Below, in pieces: positions 37,061 to 51,529 of a stretch of DNA of 64,000 nucleotides (positions within the stretch are counted from its first letter, which is position 1; each line of letters opens with the position of its first letter). A program made the position numbers and the translations under genes. Below the pieces are notes generated by a model. The model made no database searches and was not told where the DNA came from. It saw only the letters and a program-made list of their open reading frames with translations. The DNA is from Mobula hypostoma (lineage: Eukaryota), in NCBI RefSeq assembly GCF_963921235.1, contig NC_086097.1:207268001-207332000 (forward strand). The letters are read 5' to 3'.

Positions 37061-38969
37061 GAGAATTACAGTCCTGTCAAAAAATCTTAGGCACATGTAA
37101 CATGTAAAAAAACAAACATTGTTGAGTAAAGTAATACAAAATTCATTCTACTTAATTATAAAAGAAATTGAAACTGTATCATTAATTTTAAAGCTCAGTA
37201 AAAACAAATGACACAACCTGACATAACATCCACTGAAAAATCCCATGACCTTGAAGATTTAGATCATAGCACAAATCCATCAGCCTAAGTAACATCTTTT
37301 TTATACAATATTTTCCAAAATTACAGCAAATGTAATGATGACAAATTAACTTCCATGCATGCAAATTTCTACATCTCTCAATTTTCACATATGACTTTTA
37401 TCCACAATTTGGCTAATGTTATACCTTGCTTTAATGTTCTTTCAGAGCTATGTAATGATTTGATTGCTCTTTCTTTTCCTGAAACTACAACAAATCTGAT
37501 CAATGCTTTAGGAGGCCTTAGGGGCGTAAATGTTTGAAATGCATTGATTATTTTGAGCTTTAAATGACAGAAAGAAAAATCCCTCATATGAACTAACAAT
37601 ATAATTTTGCTAATTACCAAAGTAGGATTTCTGGGACTATTCTGAAAACCATATTCTCATCCAGTTCACGTTAACTAACATTACTTAGAAGTTAACTTGG
37701 AAGAAACTCTGAGCATAACAAAAGGTTTCTGGTTATTCCACTTTGGCAGTGCTTATTTTAGGTTTCACAAGAATAACCTGACTTATCTGGTCCAAACATA
37801 GATCAAATATCTGAATTTCTAATTCAAGATGAGAGAAACCATTCTCTTGATAGAAAGCTATCAAGGTAGTGTTTATCTAAGTAAACATCAATTTCCAGCA
37901 GCAACTAGACTTCAAAATGAAAGCATACCTGGTTAGAATCACAACTTGCACAAAACTGGACACTCAACATTATGGGAAAGTCAATCATTCCAGTACCAGG
38001 ACATCATTCTTTGAGGGCATTTCCTCAGGGGAGTGTCCTAATCCTAACCATTTTCTGTTTCCCAGTGTCAAACAAAAACTTCCCTTTCATCATAGGATTA
38101 CAGTGGGGGAAGGGAAGAATGTTTGTGCATGATTTCATAAAGCTTAATTCCATTTGTAATCGCTCAGAAAAAGCAGACCATGCCTGCATGCAACAAGACC
38201 TCAACAAAATTTCAACAGAATGGTTCAATAGCAAACAATCTGTCACAAAAGTGACAGGCAATAAATGTTTCTAACAGAATAGAGTCTCACTGCCTGTAAG
38301 TCCTAATAGTCTTGCCCTGTAACTCTGACCATCCCTGCAACTCACAGACACCGCTTTACCCGCTGAGTTTCTCCAGTGATATATTATTTTTGCTCCAGAT
38401 TCTAGCTCTTGCAATCTTTTGTGAATCTAACAAACTAACCTTTATATACCAGTAATCAGAATCTCCTGACCAGCCAATTAAACGCCATAATGCAAAAGCA
38501 GGTAAAAGGCTGTGCTAGTAACAATGGATAACTTGCCCCTGACATTTGAGAGCCTTTCCACTGTACATAACACTCATGACATGAGCAGAATGGAGAACCA
38601 CCCAACAGCCTAGTTAAATGTAGCTCCTACCACACTAATGAAGTGCAACTTTATTAAAACACAAGCTTGATTTGCCCTAACCACCATGCCAAATCTTTAG
38701 CCTTCCAAAAGACAAAAACGCACACGACTACAATTACATACCATCTATATAATGTACTTCAGTTACTCACTAAAGAGCAGCTTCCAAAGTAGTGACCTCC
38801 ACCTCCAAGGACAAAGACAGTAAATGCACAGGAAAACCACCAGCTTTAGGTATCATTTCAAGTCATACGCCAACCTGATGGAAATATCACTATTTCTTCA
38901 TCCTCAATAGAATTACTTACCTAGCATTACTGTAGCCAACCATTTATCAGAAGGAAAGCAGTAGCTCAT

Positions 38970-41560
38970 CTCCAAAGGTAAAAGGACCCTGATGGCAGTT
39001 ATATAACAGGCCTCCCAACAATAGCTAGCACATGAACCACAGACTACAGCATGAAATAGAAAACCCTGTAAAAGTGCAATATTATGAAAGTCATGGAATA
39101 TTTCAACCTGCAGGTCGATTAGGAAAATTAGTTTGGCAATGGATCCAAAAGAATGAGTTTGTTGAATGCCCATGAGATGGCTTTTTAGAGCAGTTTGTTG
39201 TTGAGCCTGCTGGGGGATCAGCTATACTGAATTGGGTGTTATATAATGAACAAAAGGTGATTAGCGAGCTTAAGGTAAAAGAACACTTGGGAGACAGTGA
39301 TCACAATATGATTGAGTTCAACTTGAAATTTGATAAGGAGAAAGTAAAGTCTGATGTAGCAGGATTTCACAAGAGTAAAGGAAATGTCAGTGGTATGAGA
39401 GAGGAATTGGCTGAAGAAAACTGGAAAGAGATGACAACAGAGCAGCAATGGCTTGAGTTCTGGCAAAAATGAGGAAGGTGCAGGATAGATGTATTCCAAA
39501 AATGAATAAATACTCAAATGGCAAAATAGTACAACCATGGCTGACAAGGGAAGTGGAAGCTAATGTAAAAACAAAAGAGAGGCCATACAACAAAGCAAAA
39601 ATTAGTGGGAAGATAAGAAGATTGGGACGCTTTTAAAAACTTACAGCTTCATGAGGAGGAAAAAGATGAAATGAAAGCAAGTTAGCAAACAATATCAAAG
39701 TGGATAGTAAAACTTTTTCAAGTATGTAAAAAAAAGACAGAGAATATCGGACGGCTAGAAAATTAGGCTGAGAAATAATAAAGGGGGACAAGGGGTTGGC
39801 AGATGAACTAAATATGTATTTTGCATCAGCCTTCACTGTGGAACACACTAGCAGTGTGTCAAATGTTGAAGGGTGGAAGGGAAGAGAAGTGGGTGCAGTT
39901 ACTATTATAAGGGAGAAGGTACTCAAAAAGCTGAAAGACACAAGTCACCCGGACCAGATGAACTGCACCCTTGGGTTCTGAAAGAGGCCAAAGTTGAGAT
40001 TGTGGAGGCATTAGAAATGATGTTTCAAAAATCATTGGACTTCAGCATGGTGCCAGAGGGCTGGACAATTGAAAATGTCACTCCACTCTTTAAGAAAGGA
40101 AGAAGACAGCAGAAAGGAAATTATAGGCCAGTTAGCCTGACCTCAGTGGTTGGGCAGATGTTGGAGTCAATTGGTTATGCAGGATGAGGTTATGGAGTAC
40201 TTGGTGACACAGGACAAGATAGGACAAAGTCAGTACGGTTTCCATAAGGGAAAAATCTTGCCTGACGAACTTGTTGGAATTCTTTGAGGAGATTACAAGT
40301 AGGATAGATAAAGGGATACCGATACAGTGGATGTCATACATTTGGACTTTCAAAAGACCTTAAACAAGATGCCACACGATGCTGTTTATGAGTTAAAAGC
40401 TCACGGTATTACAGGAAAGTTATTGGCATGGTTAGAACATTGGCTAATTGGTAGCTGGTTGTGAATGGGAATAAAAGGATCCTTTTCTGGTTGGCTGGCA
40501 GTGAGTAGTGGTGTTCCTCAGGGGCCGGTGTTGGGACCACTTCTTTTTATGCTGTGTATAAATGATTTAGACGATGAAATAGATGAAATTTTACTGCCAA
40601 ATTTGCAGATGATACGAAGATTGGTGGAGGAGCAGGTAGTGTTGAGGAAACAGGTAGCCTGCAGAAGGACTTAAGACAGATTAGGGGAATGGGCAAGAAA
40701 ATGACAAATGAAATACTGCAAAATGCATGGTCATGCACTTTGGTAGTAGAAATAAATGTGCAGACTATTTTCTAAACGGGTTGAAAATCCATAAATCTGA
40801 GATGAAGAGCGACTTGGGAGTTGTTGTGCAGAACATCGTAAAGGTTAACTTGCAGGTTGAATCAGTGGTGTGGAAGGCAAATGCAATGTTAGCATTCATT
40901 TCAAGAGGTATATAATACAAGAGCATGGATGTGATGCTGAAGTTTTATAAGGAACTGGTGAGGCCTCACCTTGAGTACTGTGAACAGTTTTGGGCTCCTC
41001 ATCTAAGAAAAGATGTGCTGGCATTGGAGAGGATTTAGAGGAGGTAAACAAGGAATGATTTTGTAAATGAAAGGCTCATAATACGAGGAATGAAAGGCTC
41101 ATTATACGAGGAATGTTTGATAGCCTGGGTCTGTACTTGTGGAACTTAGAAGGATGAAGGTGGATCTCAATGAAACCTTTAGAATGTTGAGAGGCTGAGA
41201 CAGAGTAGATGTGGAAAGGATGTTTCCCAAGGTGGGGGAGTCTAGAACAGGAGGGCACAGCCTCGGGATGGAGGGGCATCCATTTAAAAACAGAGATGTG
41301 AAGTAATTTCTTTAGCCAGAGGATGGTGAATTTGTGGAATTTGTTATTGCAGACAGCTGTGGAGGCCAGGTCATTGGGTGTATTTAAGGCAGAGCTTGAT
41401 AGGTTCTTTACTGGACATGGCATCAAAGGTTACGAGGAGAAAGCTAGGGAGTGGGACTGAGTAGGGGAAAGATAAGATCAACCATGTATGAATGGTGGAG
41501 CAGACTCAAAGGGCCAAAATAGCCTAATTCTGCTCCTATGTCTTATGGTTTTATAGTCTT
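38970..41560 (+). mobile_element. Decayed 5'-truncated CR1 LINE (endonuclease part, RT, 3' end)
   Basis: EHLGDSDHNMIEF, KSPGPDELHP, NYRPVSLTS and GVPQG motifs across many broken ORFs; tcttatgg tail. Confidence 0.9.
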
Positions 41561-42319
41561 ATCATCATTCTCTGAAGGTCAATTAGGATGTACAATAATT
41601 GCTGACCTTACAGTAATGCTCACAGTACCAAATGATTAAAATTGTTACAATTATGGCATTTGTCATTTTGGTGTTTGTCCAGTATCATTGAAATAAAATC
41701 AAGCAATGTTTTTTTGTTGACCTGAAGGCATGACAGAAACCATCAAGGGAAAAATGACAGAGGTTAAAATACCATCTTGAGAAGCAGCAAGTGGTAGAGA
41801 ATAAAAAGAAAAACTAGAAAAGTGAGTGCAAACTTGAATCAATAACTACCAATTTTTTAAAGCATGTACAATGTAGCTGTAATGATGAATTATTTGAAGA
41901 TCAGACAGGCTTGAGAATAGTCTACAGTTTTAGAATAAAGTAACAGTGATTAGGACAGAACAGTTATTAAAACTCATGTCTAAGGATATTTAAAGGGAGT
42001 TGCCTCGAAATATTACTTAAATCTATAAATTGAAGTGGGGAATTGAACTGACGTCTGTAAATTAAAAGTACGATAGTAGGACATGATAGCCGTTTGAAAA
42101 TAATTAACACTGATATTTAAAGATAAAGGAATAGTAGTGAGTGTATTGAATTCTATAGGAGAATTAAAGCATCCGTAAGTGTTAAAACAGTGAAAAAGAT
42201 ACCATGTTTCTTTTACAGAGAACCTTTGAAAAACCTGAAAATGAACTGAATGAAATTAAAACCAATTAGGAAGCATTAAAACATAATTTTCTAGAGCTGA
42301 TTGAACTGAAATTAGCTTT

Positions 42320-42742
42320 TCATTCATTCATTTAACCATTATTTTTTTCCTCTTCTCTTTTTTTCCTCTCTGTCCCTCTCACAGTAACTGCTTGCCTGCT
42401 CTCCATCTTCCTCTGGTGCTCCCCTCCCCCTTTCTTTCTCCCTAGGCCTCCCGTCCCATGATCCTCTCCCTTCTCCAGCCTTGTATCCTTTTGCCAATCA
42501 ACTTTCCAGCTCTTAGTTTCATCCCTCTCCCTCCTGTCTTCTCCTATCATTTCGGATCTCCCTCTCCCCCTTCCACTTTCAAATCTCTTACTATCTCTTC
42601 TTTCAGTTAGTCCTGACGAAGGGACGCGGCCCGAAATGTCAACTGTACTTCTTCCTATAGATGCTGCCTGGCCTGCTGTGTTCCACCAGCATTTTGTGTG
42701 TGTTGCTTGAATTTCCAGCATCGGCAGATTTCCTCGTGTTTG
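42320..42742 (+). mobile_element. Solo PLE family 1 pLTR with degenerate hammerhead (42609-42644)
   Basis: Homologous to 13339-13760; 13-bp TSD tgaaattagcttt at 42307-42319 and 42743-42755. Confidence 0.85.
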
Positions 42743-43363
42743 TGAAATTAGCTTTACTTATTTTGTTCTGTTTACAATTCTCGTAGTATAGAGAAAGCAA
42801 TGTGTTTGTAAATTCCACTGGAAATTTCTCATGTCCTTACAATGCAAAATTAAGATAATCTTTTCCGTACAGAATACTAAAAATATATAAGTTGCAATTA
42901 TATGATGACAAATGACAGCTACAGTGTTAATAAGATGAAAAATCTAAACATACTTAAGTCCCATATGTGCACATTAATTTAAAAAAACAATTACAGTATC
43001 TATCATAACCAGCAAATAATTCCACATTTCCTCTGAATCATTTCCAGCTGTCCAAAATTGGAATATTCATTCAGGGTGGATTATGGATTAAAAATGCAAA
43101 AATTGCATGAAATCTATTTTTCACTGCAAGCTGCATAGAAGTTACTCAATGAAACATGGCCTGATTCATTGTAGTTTGTTTTAAAATTTGGCAACATGCA
43201 AGAGACTGAGCAGGAAGTTGAAAGAGAGAAATGACAATTCTCAAAATGAGAGCACCTGGCTGCAGTTTGCACTGGAATCCCTGAATGAGGAACAAAGTAT
43301 AAACTTTTAACTATTAGGACACTTTGGAATAAAGTAATTTATTTAAAGCAAAAATTTTCTCAC

Positions 43364-43491
43364 CAGGTTTAAGATCTAATGCTCCCAAAGACTCTGAATG
43401 CAAGAAGTAAAGCGTTGGGCCAACAGTAAACAGAACATAATTATCGTGACGTTCATCCAAGATAATGAGCACCAAATCCCCAACTTGGAAA
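43364..43491 (-). CDS. RB1CC1: RB1CC1 coding exon, Claw domain: FQVGDLVLIILDERHDNYVLFTVGPTLYFLHSESLGALDLKP
   Basis: Lies within ORF 43314..43523; cttccag acceptor, gtgaga donor; 128 nt, phases fit both neighbours. Confidence 0.97.
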
Positions 43492-44789
43492 CTGGAAGAG
43501 AAAATAACAATATTAAATGGCAAAACTGAAGATCATTTGTTTAATTTAAATACTACATGAGACATTGTGAGCACCAAGAAGAAAAACAGTCCACTATAAT
43601 CTGTAACCTGAAGAACTACCAAATTTCTCACGCTACCATCACCATCAAGTCATAGACCAAATTTGGCTTATTCAGCAATGTATAACAAGTTATATTTCAA
43701 CAAGAGATGCCAGCTTAGCAAAACCTGAATGCAGCACAAAATGCTGATCGAAACAAAACTTCACAGATATAACCAAATAAATCTACATCAGATTACTGTA
43801 GTACTAAAAGATAGATAGGACTGTAAAGAAAGATTTTGGCATACTGGTTTTCATAAATCAGAGTACAAGTACAGGAGTTGGGATGTTATCTTGAAGTTGT
43901 ATAGGACGTTGGTGAAGCCTAATTTGGAGTATTGTGTGCAGCTTTGGTTACCTAACACAGGAAAGATATCAATAAGATTGAAAGAATGACAAGAGAAGGG
44001 ATGCATACAAATTCCCTTCCAAGATCTTCAACTTCAGTTGGAAATGTAACAGTCATTAACTGATAATTCGTGAACTCCCTTCCTAACTACAAAGATTTAA
44101 TTAAATGATTTTGCTGGAATTACTTCCATTAAACATTTGTACAATTCAAGGAAATGGCTCACCAGATCTTTTCTTAATACCTCTAGGAATGGACAACAGA
44201 GCCTATCGTTATTAATGTCCATGGCAAAAAGAAATACTCACTACCAAATTCTACGCCTTATCTGAACTGTATATCCTTGTTACATTTCAACATAACATAC
44301 AGTACATTATTTTGGTCTTTCAACAAAAACTAGCAAAATAATTTAATATGCAAGTATTTCAATTATTTGTTAAAAAGGTTGCAACAAAAAGTATTTTCTT
44401 TTTTGATTCGTTATCTAGACCAGGCGAATGGAGTAAAAATGTTCGTAAGACCCATGAAAGGGCATTGGAATGCACCCAATCAGTGAATGGAAGCACAAGA
44501 AGCAGCAGCAACTTCACGCAGGTCTGCAATTGAAGATTAAAAAATGCAGTGCTTTGCGGCAGGTTTCAGAGTTGGACAGTGTCCAATCAGTAAATGGGAT
44601 TCATTAGGAAGAGCGAATAAAAATAAGGCAAGGGCAAGCTGAGTGGCCATTGTGTGAGTAGGCCAGTGTTAGAGTGGCTTTGGTTAACCACGCTTGGGAG
44701 AGTTAAGTACCTGGGTTCTTTATTCTTCATTCCTCATCTATTAGGGCACACTTAGTGCAGTGAGAATGGCAGCTCTGGGGCAGTGTTAC

Positions 44790-45060
44790 AAGGACATAAG
44801 AGCTTAAGAAATAGGAGCAGGAGTGGGCCATCGAGCCTGCTCCGCCATTCAATAAGATCACAGCTGATCTGACCACGGACTCATCTCCATCCACCTGCCT
44901 TTTCCCCATTACCCTTAATTCCCCTACTAGGCAAAAATCTATCCAATCTTTTCTTAAATATATTTACCGAAGTAGCCTCCACTGCTTCATTGGGTACAGA
45001 ATTCCACAGGCTCACCACTCTTTGGGAAAAGCAGTTCCTCCTTATCTCTGTCCTAAATTT
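44790..45060 (-). mobile_element. CR1 3' fragment
   Basis: ORF 44881..45102 FRTEIRRNCFSQRVVSLWNS. Confidence 0.85.
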
Positions 45061-46069
45061 ACTAAATTTATTGGTTAATGACTGATATCCTTGTGAGCAC
45101 ATTTGCTACAGTTGTTCAGGAGGGTTTAAACTAATTTGACAGGGGAATGGGAACTGGAGTGATAGGGCTGAGGATGGGGTATTTGGTTAACAGACAGAAG
45201 CAGCGTGTAGCGAGACTGCTAGCAAGGACAGGCTCATGACAGGATGAAATTGCAGTCAATGGATTGAATAGCAAAGGAAAAGGGGGACAAAAATCAAAAA
45301 GGGTGATGAATACTGAACTGATGGTGTTATATTTCAATGCACACAGTATATGGATTAAGGTAGATGAACATGTAGCAGAGTTACAGATTGGCATGCATGA
45401 CGTTCTGGCCATCATTGACTAATGGCTGAAAGAAGATTATAGCTTAGCATTCAAGGATATACTTTGTATCGGAAGGACAGGTAGGTACGCAGAAGCAATG
45501 GGGCAGCTCTGTGAGAAAATGATGATATAGGATCGAAAGGAGTAGAGTCATTGTGGGGAGAGCTAAGATTACTACAAGGATAAAAAGATCCAGATGGAAG
45601 TTATGCACAGACTTCCGAACAGCAGCAAAGATGGGCTATAAATTACAACAGGAGATAGAAAATGCACAACAAAAAGAGCAATATACTGATAGTTATGGAG
45701 AATTCCAATCTCCAGGCAGACAGGTTGATGCTGGATTCCAAGAAGGAGACTACTTAGAATGTCTACGAGATGACTTTTTAGAGCAGCTTATGTTTGAGCC
45801 CACTAGGGGATCAACTATTCTGGAGCTGGTGCTGTGCAATGAACCAAAATTAAAGAGCTTAAGGTAAAAGAACCCATAGGGGAGGTGGTTATAACATGAT
45901 AGAATTCACCCTGCAATTTGAAAAGGAGAAGCTAAAGTCTGGTGCATCAGTATTACAGTGGAGTAAAGCATATTACAGAGGTACGAGAGAGGAGATGGCC
46001 AAAACTAGCAATGGCTGGAGCTTCTTGGAGCAATTCGGAAGCAGCGGGATAGATACATCTCTAAGTAGT

Positions 46070-47764
46070 CACGAGGAAATCTGCAGATGCTGGAATTCAA
46101 GCAACACACACAAAAAAAGGTTTAACATTTGGGGAAGGGAGACGATCATGGGACGGGATTAGTCCTTATTCTTAACAATTTCTCCTTTGGCTCCTCCCAC
46201 TTCCTCCAAACTAAAGGTGTAGCCATGGGTACCCGCATGGGTCCCAGCTATGCCTGCCTTTTCGTTGGCTTTGTGGAACAATGTACCAAGCCTATACTGG
46301 TATCTGTCCCCCTCTTTTCCTTCGCTACATCGATGACTGCATTGGCGCTGCTTCCTGCACACATGCTGAGCTCGTTGACTTCATTAACTTTGCCTCCAAC
46401 TTTCACACTGCCCTCGTTTACCTGGTCTGGTCCATTTCCAACACCTCCCTCCCCTTTCTTGATCTTTCTGTCTCTGTCTCTGGAGAAAGCTTATCTACTG
46501 ATGTCTACTATAAGCCTACGGACTCTCACAGCTACCTGGACTATTCCTCTTCCCACCCTGTCTTTTGCAAAAATGCCATTCCTTTCTCGCAATTCCTCCG
46601 TCTCCGCCGCATCTGCTCTCAAGATGAGGCTTTTCATTCCAGGACGAAGGAGATGTCTTCCTTTTTTAAAGAAAGGGGCTTCCCTTCCTCCCCCATCAAC
46701 TCTGCTCTCACACGCATCTCTCCCATTTCACACACATCTGCTCGCACCCCATCCTCCCACCACCCCACTTGCAATAGGGTTCCCCTTGTCCTTACCTACC
46801 ACCCTACCAGCCTCCGGGTCCAACATATAATTCTCCGTAACTCCTGCCACCTCCAACTTGATCCCACGACTAAGCACATCTTTCCCTCTCCCCCTCTTTC
46901 TGAAGGGATCGCTCCCTATGAGAGAGTCCCTTATCCATTCGTCCCCCCCATCCCTTCTCACCGATCTTCCTCCCGGCATTTATCCTTGTGAGCAGAACAA
47001 GTGCTACACATGCCCTTACACTCCCTCCCTCACCACCATTCAGGGCCCCAGACAGTCCTTCCAGGTGAAGCGACACTTCACCTGTGAGTCGGCTGGGGTG
47101 ATGTACTGCATCTGGTGCGGCCTTCTATATATTGGCAAGACCCGAAGCAGGCTGGGAGACCGTTTCGCTGAACACCTACGCTCTGTCTGCCAGAGCAAGC
47201 AAGACCTCCCAGTGGCCACATATTCTAATTCCCCATTCTATTCCCATTCTGATATGTCTATCCATGGCCTCCTCTACTGTCAAGATGAAGCTACACCCAG
47301 GTTGGAGGAACAACACCTTATATTCTGTCTGGGTAGCCTCCAACCTGATGGCATGAATACTGACATCTCTAACTTCCGTTAATGCCCCTCCTCCCTCTCA
47401 CACCCTATCCCTTATTTATTTATTTAATATTTTTTCCCCCTTTTCTCTCTCTCTCTCTTTTTTCTCCCTTTGTTCCTCTCACTATAACTCCTCCCCTCCC
47501 CTCTTCTCTCTCTCCCCAGGCTTCCCGTCCCATGATCATCTCCCTTCTCCAGTCTGGTGTCCCTTTTGCCAATCAACTTTCCAGCTCTTAGATCCACCCC
47601 TCCCCTTCTGTCCTCTCCTATCATTTCGGATCTCCCCCTCCCCCTCCTACTTTCAAATCTCTTACTATCTCTTCTTTCAGTTAGTCCTGACAAAGGGTCC
47701 CGACCCGAAACGTCGACTGTACCTCTTCCTATAGATGCTGCCTGGCCTGCTGCATTCGTGTGTG
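46070..47764 (+). mobile_element. Penelope-like element family 1, longest copy: RT core, Cys linker, GIY-YIG, pLTR, with inverted pLTR pieces at the 5' end
   Basis: ORFs 46129..46830 (QTKGVAMGTRMGPSYA), 46281..46991 (FLRYIDD) and 46858..47382 (CEQNKCYTC, GVMYCIWCGLLYIG); 12-bp TSD tctctaagtagt at 46058-46069 and 47765-47776. Confidence 0.93.
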
Positions 47765-48034
47765 TCTCTAAGTAGTAGTAGTAGTATCCTAAAGGCAGAT
47801 GACGCAACTGTGGCTGACAAGGGAAAGCAAAGCCAACATAAAAGCCAAAGAGAGGGCATATAATAGAGCAAAAATTAGTGGGAAGTTAGAGGATCGGGAA
47901 GCTTTTAAAAACCAACAGAAGTCAGAAAGAAGGAAAAGATGGAATACAAAGGTAAGCTAGCTAATAATATTAAAGAGGATACCAAAAGTTTCCTCAGATA
48001 CATAAAATGCAAAAGTAAGGTGACATTAGATATC

Positions 48035-48155
48035 ACACAAACACCAGGAAATCTACAGATGCTGGAATTTCAAGCAACACACATAAAAGTTGACTGTACC
48101 TCTTCCTAGGGATGCTGCCTGGCCTGCTGCGTTCACCAATAACTTTTATGTGCGT
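48035..48155. mobile_element. Tiny inverted pair of PLE family 1 terminal fragments
   Basis: Reverse tail segment (caggaaatctacagatgctgg...cataaaagttg) joined to forward gactgtacctcttcc...aacttttatgtg. Confidence 0.7.
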
Positions 48156-49429
48156 TATATTATTTATAAGACTACTGGAAAATGATGCTGGTGAGGTAGC
48201 AAAGGGGACAAGTAAACAGTGGATGAATTGAATAAGTATGTTGCATCAATTTTCACTGTGGAAGACAGTAGCAGTATGCCAGAAGTTCGAGAGTATTGGG
48301 GGCAGAAGTGAGAGAAGTTGCCATTACTAGAGAGAAGTTGCTTGTGAAACTGAAAGGTCTGAAGATGGACAAGTTACCTAGACCAGATAGTCTACACCTC
48401 AGGGTCCTGAAAGAGGTGGCTGAAGAGATTGGAGAGGCATTGTTAATGATATTTCAAGAATCAATAGATTTGGAATAGCTCCGAAGGATTGGAAAATCGC
48501 AAATGTCACTCCACTCTTCAAGAAGGAGGGAGGAAGAAGAAAGGAAATTATAGGACAGTTGGTCTGACCTTAGAGGTTGGGGAGATGTTGGGAGTTAATG
48601 GTTAAGGATGCTGTTTCGGGATACTAGGAGGCACATGGTAAAACAGACTGTAGTCAGTGTGGTTTCATCAAGTGAAAGTTTTGCCTGACAAATCCATTGG
48701 AATTCCTTGAAGAAATAACAAAAAGGATAGACAAAGGAGAATTGGTGGATGTTGTGTAAGTGGATTTTCAGAAGGCTTTTGAAAAGGTGTCACACATGAG
48801 GCTGCTTAACAAGTTAAGAGCTGTGGTATTACAACAAGACACTAGCATGAATAGAACATTAGCTGAATGGCAGGAGGCAAAGAGTTGGTTGGCTGCCAGT
48901 GACCAGTGATGTTCCACAGGGGTCTGTATTGAAACCACTTCTTCTTATGTTATATGTCAATGACTTGGATGATGGAATTGTTGGCTTTGTGGCCAAGTTT
49001 GTGGATGAAATGAAGATCTGTGGAGGGGCAGGTTAGTGCTGAGAAAACACAGAGGCTGTGGAAGGACCTACAAAGATTAGGAGAGTGGGCAAAGAGGTGG
49101 CAGATGGAGCAGTGTTGGAAAGTGTATGGTAATGCACTTTGGTAGAAGAAATAAAAGCATATTTTCTAAATGGAGAGAAAATTCAAAAACATGAGGTGCA
49201 AAGGGAGTTCTTGTGCAGGATTCCCTGAAGGTCAATTTGCAGGTTGAGTCAGTGGTGAGGAATGAAAGTGCAATGTTAGCATTCATTTCAAGAGGACTAG
49301 AATAGAAAAATAAGGATGTAATGTTGAGGCTTTATAAGGTACTTATGAAGCCTCATTTGGAGTATTTTGAGCAATTTGGGGCACCTTATCTAAGAAAGAA
49401 CGTGGTAATATTGAAGTGTTCAAAGGAGC

Positions 49430-50062
49430 TTCCTGGCAGGAGGAGAAGATAGCAGCACGCCGCGTGCGTGTAGCTCTCCGGTGGAAATATCATATCCGTT
49501 AAATAGGGGCCGTGGACAATTCTGATTTGATGGAGACAGATGTGAAAGCACGGAGGAACATCTGAAGAAATTTCTGAAACGCCGGTTCGCTGCTGCTGTT
49601 ACTGGGCGATCGAGAATCTTCCAGAGGGAAGGCCCCAAAATCCCCGGCTTTGCCTGCTGCTGGCGACCGAGACTGAGGTTGAATCATTCGGATAGAGATG
49701 GTGCTCGGTACTTGGTGTTGGAGGGCTGATCGGAGGCTCGAAGTTTTCGGATGACTCGGAGTCGGACTGTGGTCGGGCATGGCAGGGAGAGTTTTCTTCC
49801 TTCTCCCGTCTGCGTGAGATGTGGGATATTCGAAGAGACTTTGAGCTTTTTTACTGTGCCATGGCCTGCTCTTCATCAAGTTATGGTATTGTTGCACTGT
49901 TGTAACTATATGTTATAATTATGTGGTTTTGTTAAGTTTTTTCAGTCGTGGTCTGTCCTGTGTTTTGTGATATGACAACGGAGGAATATTGTATCATTTC
50001 TTAATGCATGCATTACTAAATGACAATAAAAGAGGACTGCGTGTCCTCATAATCTAAATCTT
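49430..50062 (+). mobile_element. Unclassified ~630-bp non-coding retro-like element, copy A
   Basis: GC-rich head, AT-rich 3' end with aataaaagaggactg...cataatcta; homologous to 51530-52168. Confidence 0.6.
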
Positions 50063-51529
50063 AAAAAAAAAATTATTCCGGGATTATGGGGGGTGTTTGA
50101 TGGCTCTGGACCTGTACCTACATGAATTCAGAAGAATGGGGGGAGGGCGGAATCTCATTGAATACCGACAGAACTTGATAAAGTGGATGTGCAGAGGACG
50201 TTTCCTATGGTGGGTAAGTCTAACACCAAAGGACACAGCCCCAGAATAGAAGGACATCCATTTAAAACTGAGATAAGGAGGAATTTCTTTTGCTAAAGAG
50301 TGGTGAATCTGTGGAATTCATTGCAGAGGCGGCTCTATAGTCCAAGCACTGGGTATATTTAAAGCAGAGGTTGATAGATTCATTAGTCAGGGCACGAAGG
50401 GTTATGGGGAGAAGGCAGGAGACAGATTGAGAGGGAAATGGATCAGCTACGATGAAATGGCAGAGCAGGCTCGATGGGTCAAATAGGCTAATTCTGCTCC
50501 TATATCTTATGGTCTTATATTATGATCAACATTTTTAATATCAGACAAAGTCACAAGATTTTTTCATTCTGGAAATCTTTGGTCAATACAAGAGATCCCA
50601 AGGTGTGCAAGGTCACTAAATTTAATTCAGGAGATACTTTACCCAGAGATGGTTAGAATGTAGATCCCATTACGAAGCAACAAGATGGGTTTATTTAGGG
50701 TAAATCTAGATTAACACAAGGAATAACAGAATAATAGGCCAATGGGAGAAATTTAAGTATTATTACCAGCATAAACTAATGTGTCATAAATCCTATATAT
50801 AGTGCAATAATATTAAACAAAATTGAAAGTGAATGAATATTAGATACATCATTGAAGCTAAACCTTGCTGCCATATTTCTACAAGTATACCACACAAGGT
50901 CAGTGTCCCCTAAACAGAAAAAAAAACATCAATACTTTAAACAGATTCCTAATGAAATTCTAGTGTCCATGTCAAACAGAAGAACAGCAGACACTTTGGG
51001 AACAAAAACTGGCAAGAAATTTATATAATAATTTGCTTAACCATATACAACAATTCTTTGAGAAAAAGAGATTGGTGTGCAAAATGAGAGAAGACGCATT
51101 TAGACATTTGTTTCCTCTCACAATTAATGACAAAAAGCATTTAGAATTTAGACAAGAAAAAGAGAAAAACACAGGATTTCTCTAATTACAGTGATAATCA
51201 AAGCTACAACTGGACAGAGCAAAGAGTAAAAATGACAAAGCTATTCTAATAGAAATGAAAATTTAATCTATTTGTGGAAAATATGTAAGAGAAGAGGCTC
51301 TGAGAAAAAAATACCCGCAGAAGCAGATTGAGATTGCCTGTAGCAAGCAGTGGATGGCCACCATTACAACTTGAAGCAAGTTGTAGAAGAGCAGAGGCTT
51401 GCCTGCAAGTTTGTCAAGAATGGTCTTATGACAAAAACATTGTACATCCCCAGATTAGGAAAAAGTTAATTATATCATTTTATTTTAAAAATCTCAAGAA
51501 ACATTTTATTTCTCCACTAGATGGTTAAA

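Larger units (their letters stand above)
45075..50520 (+). mobile_element. Decayed long CR1 LINE hosting nested insertions
   Basis: Endonuclease remnants 45300-46060, RT remnants 47790-49420, 3' end 50075-50520; interrupted at 46070-47764, ~48035-48160 and ~49430-50062. Confidence 0.85.

Noticed and set aside
37846..37865. 8-bp hairpin cttgatag-aaag-ctatcaag
   Set aside because: Too short to be significant in 64 kb of AT-rich DNA
41066..41115. 23-bp tandem duplication in CR1
   Set aside because: Ordinary slippage in a dead element
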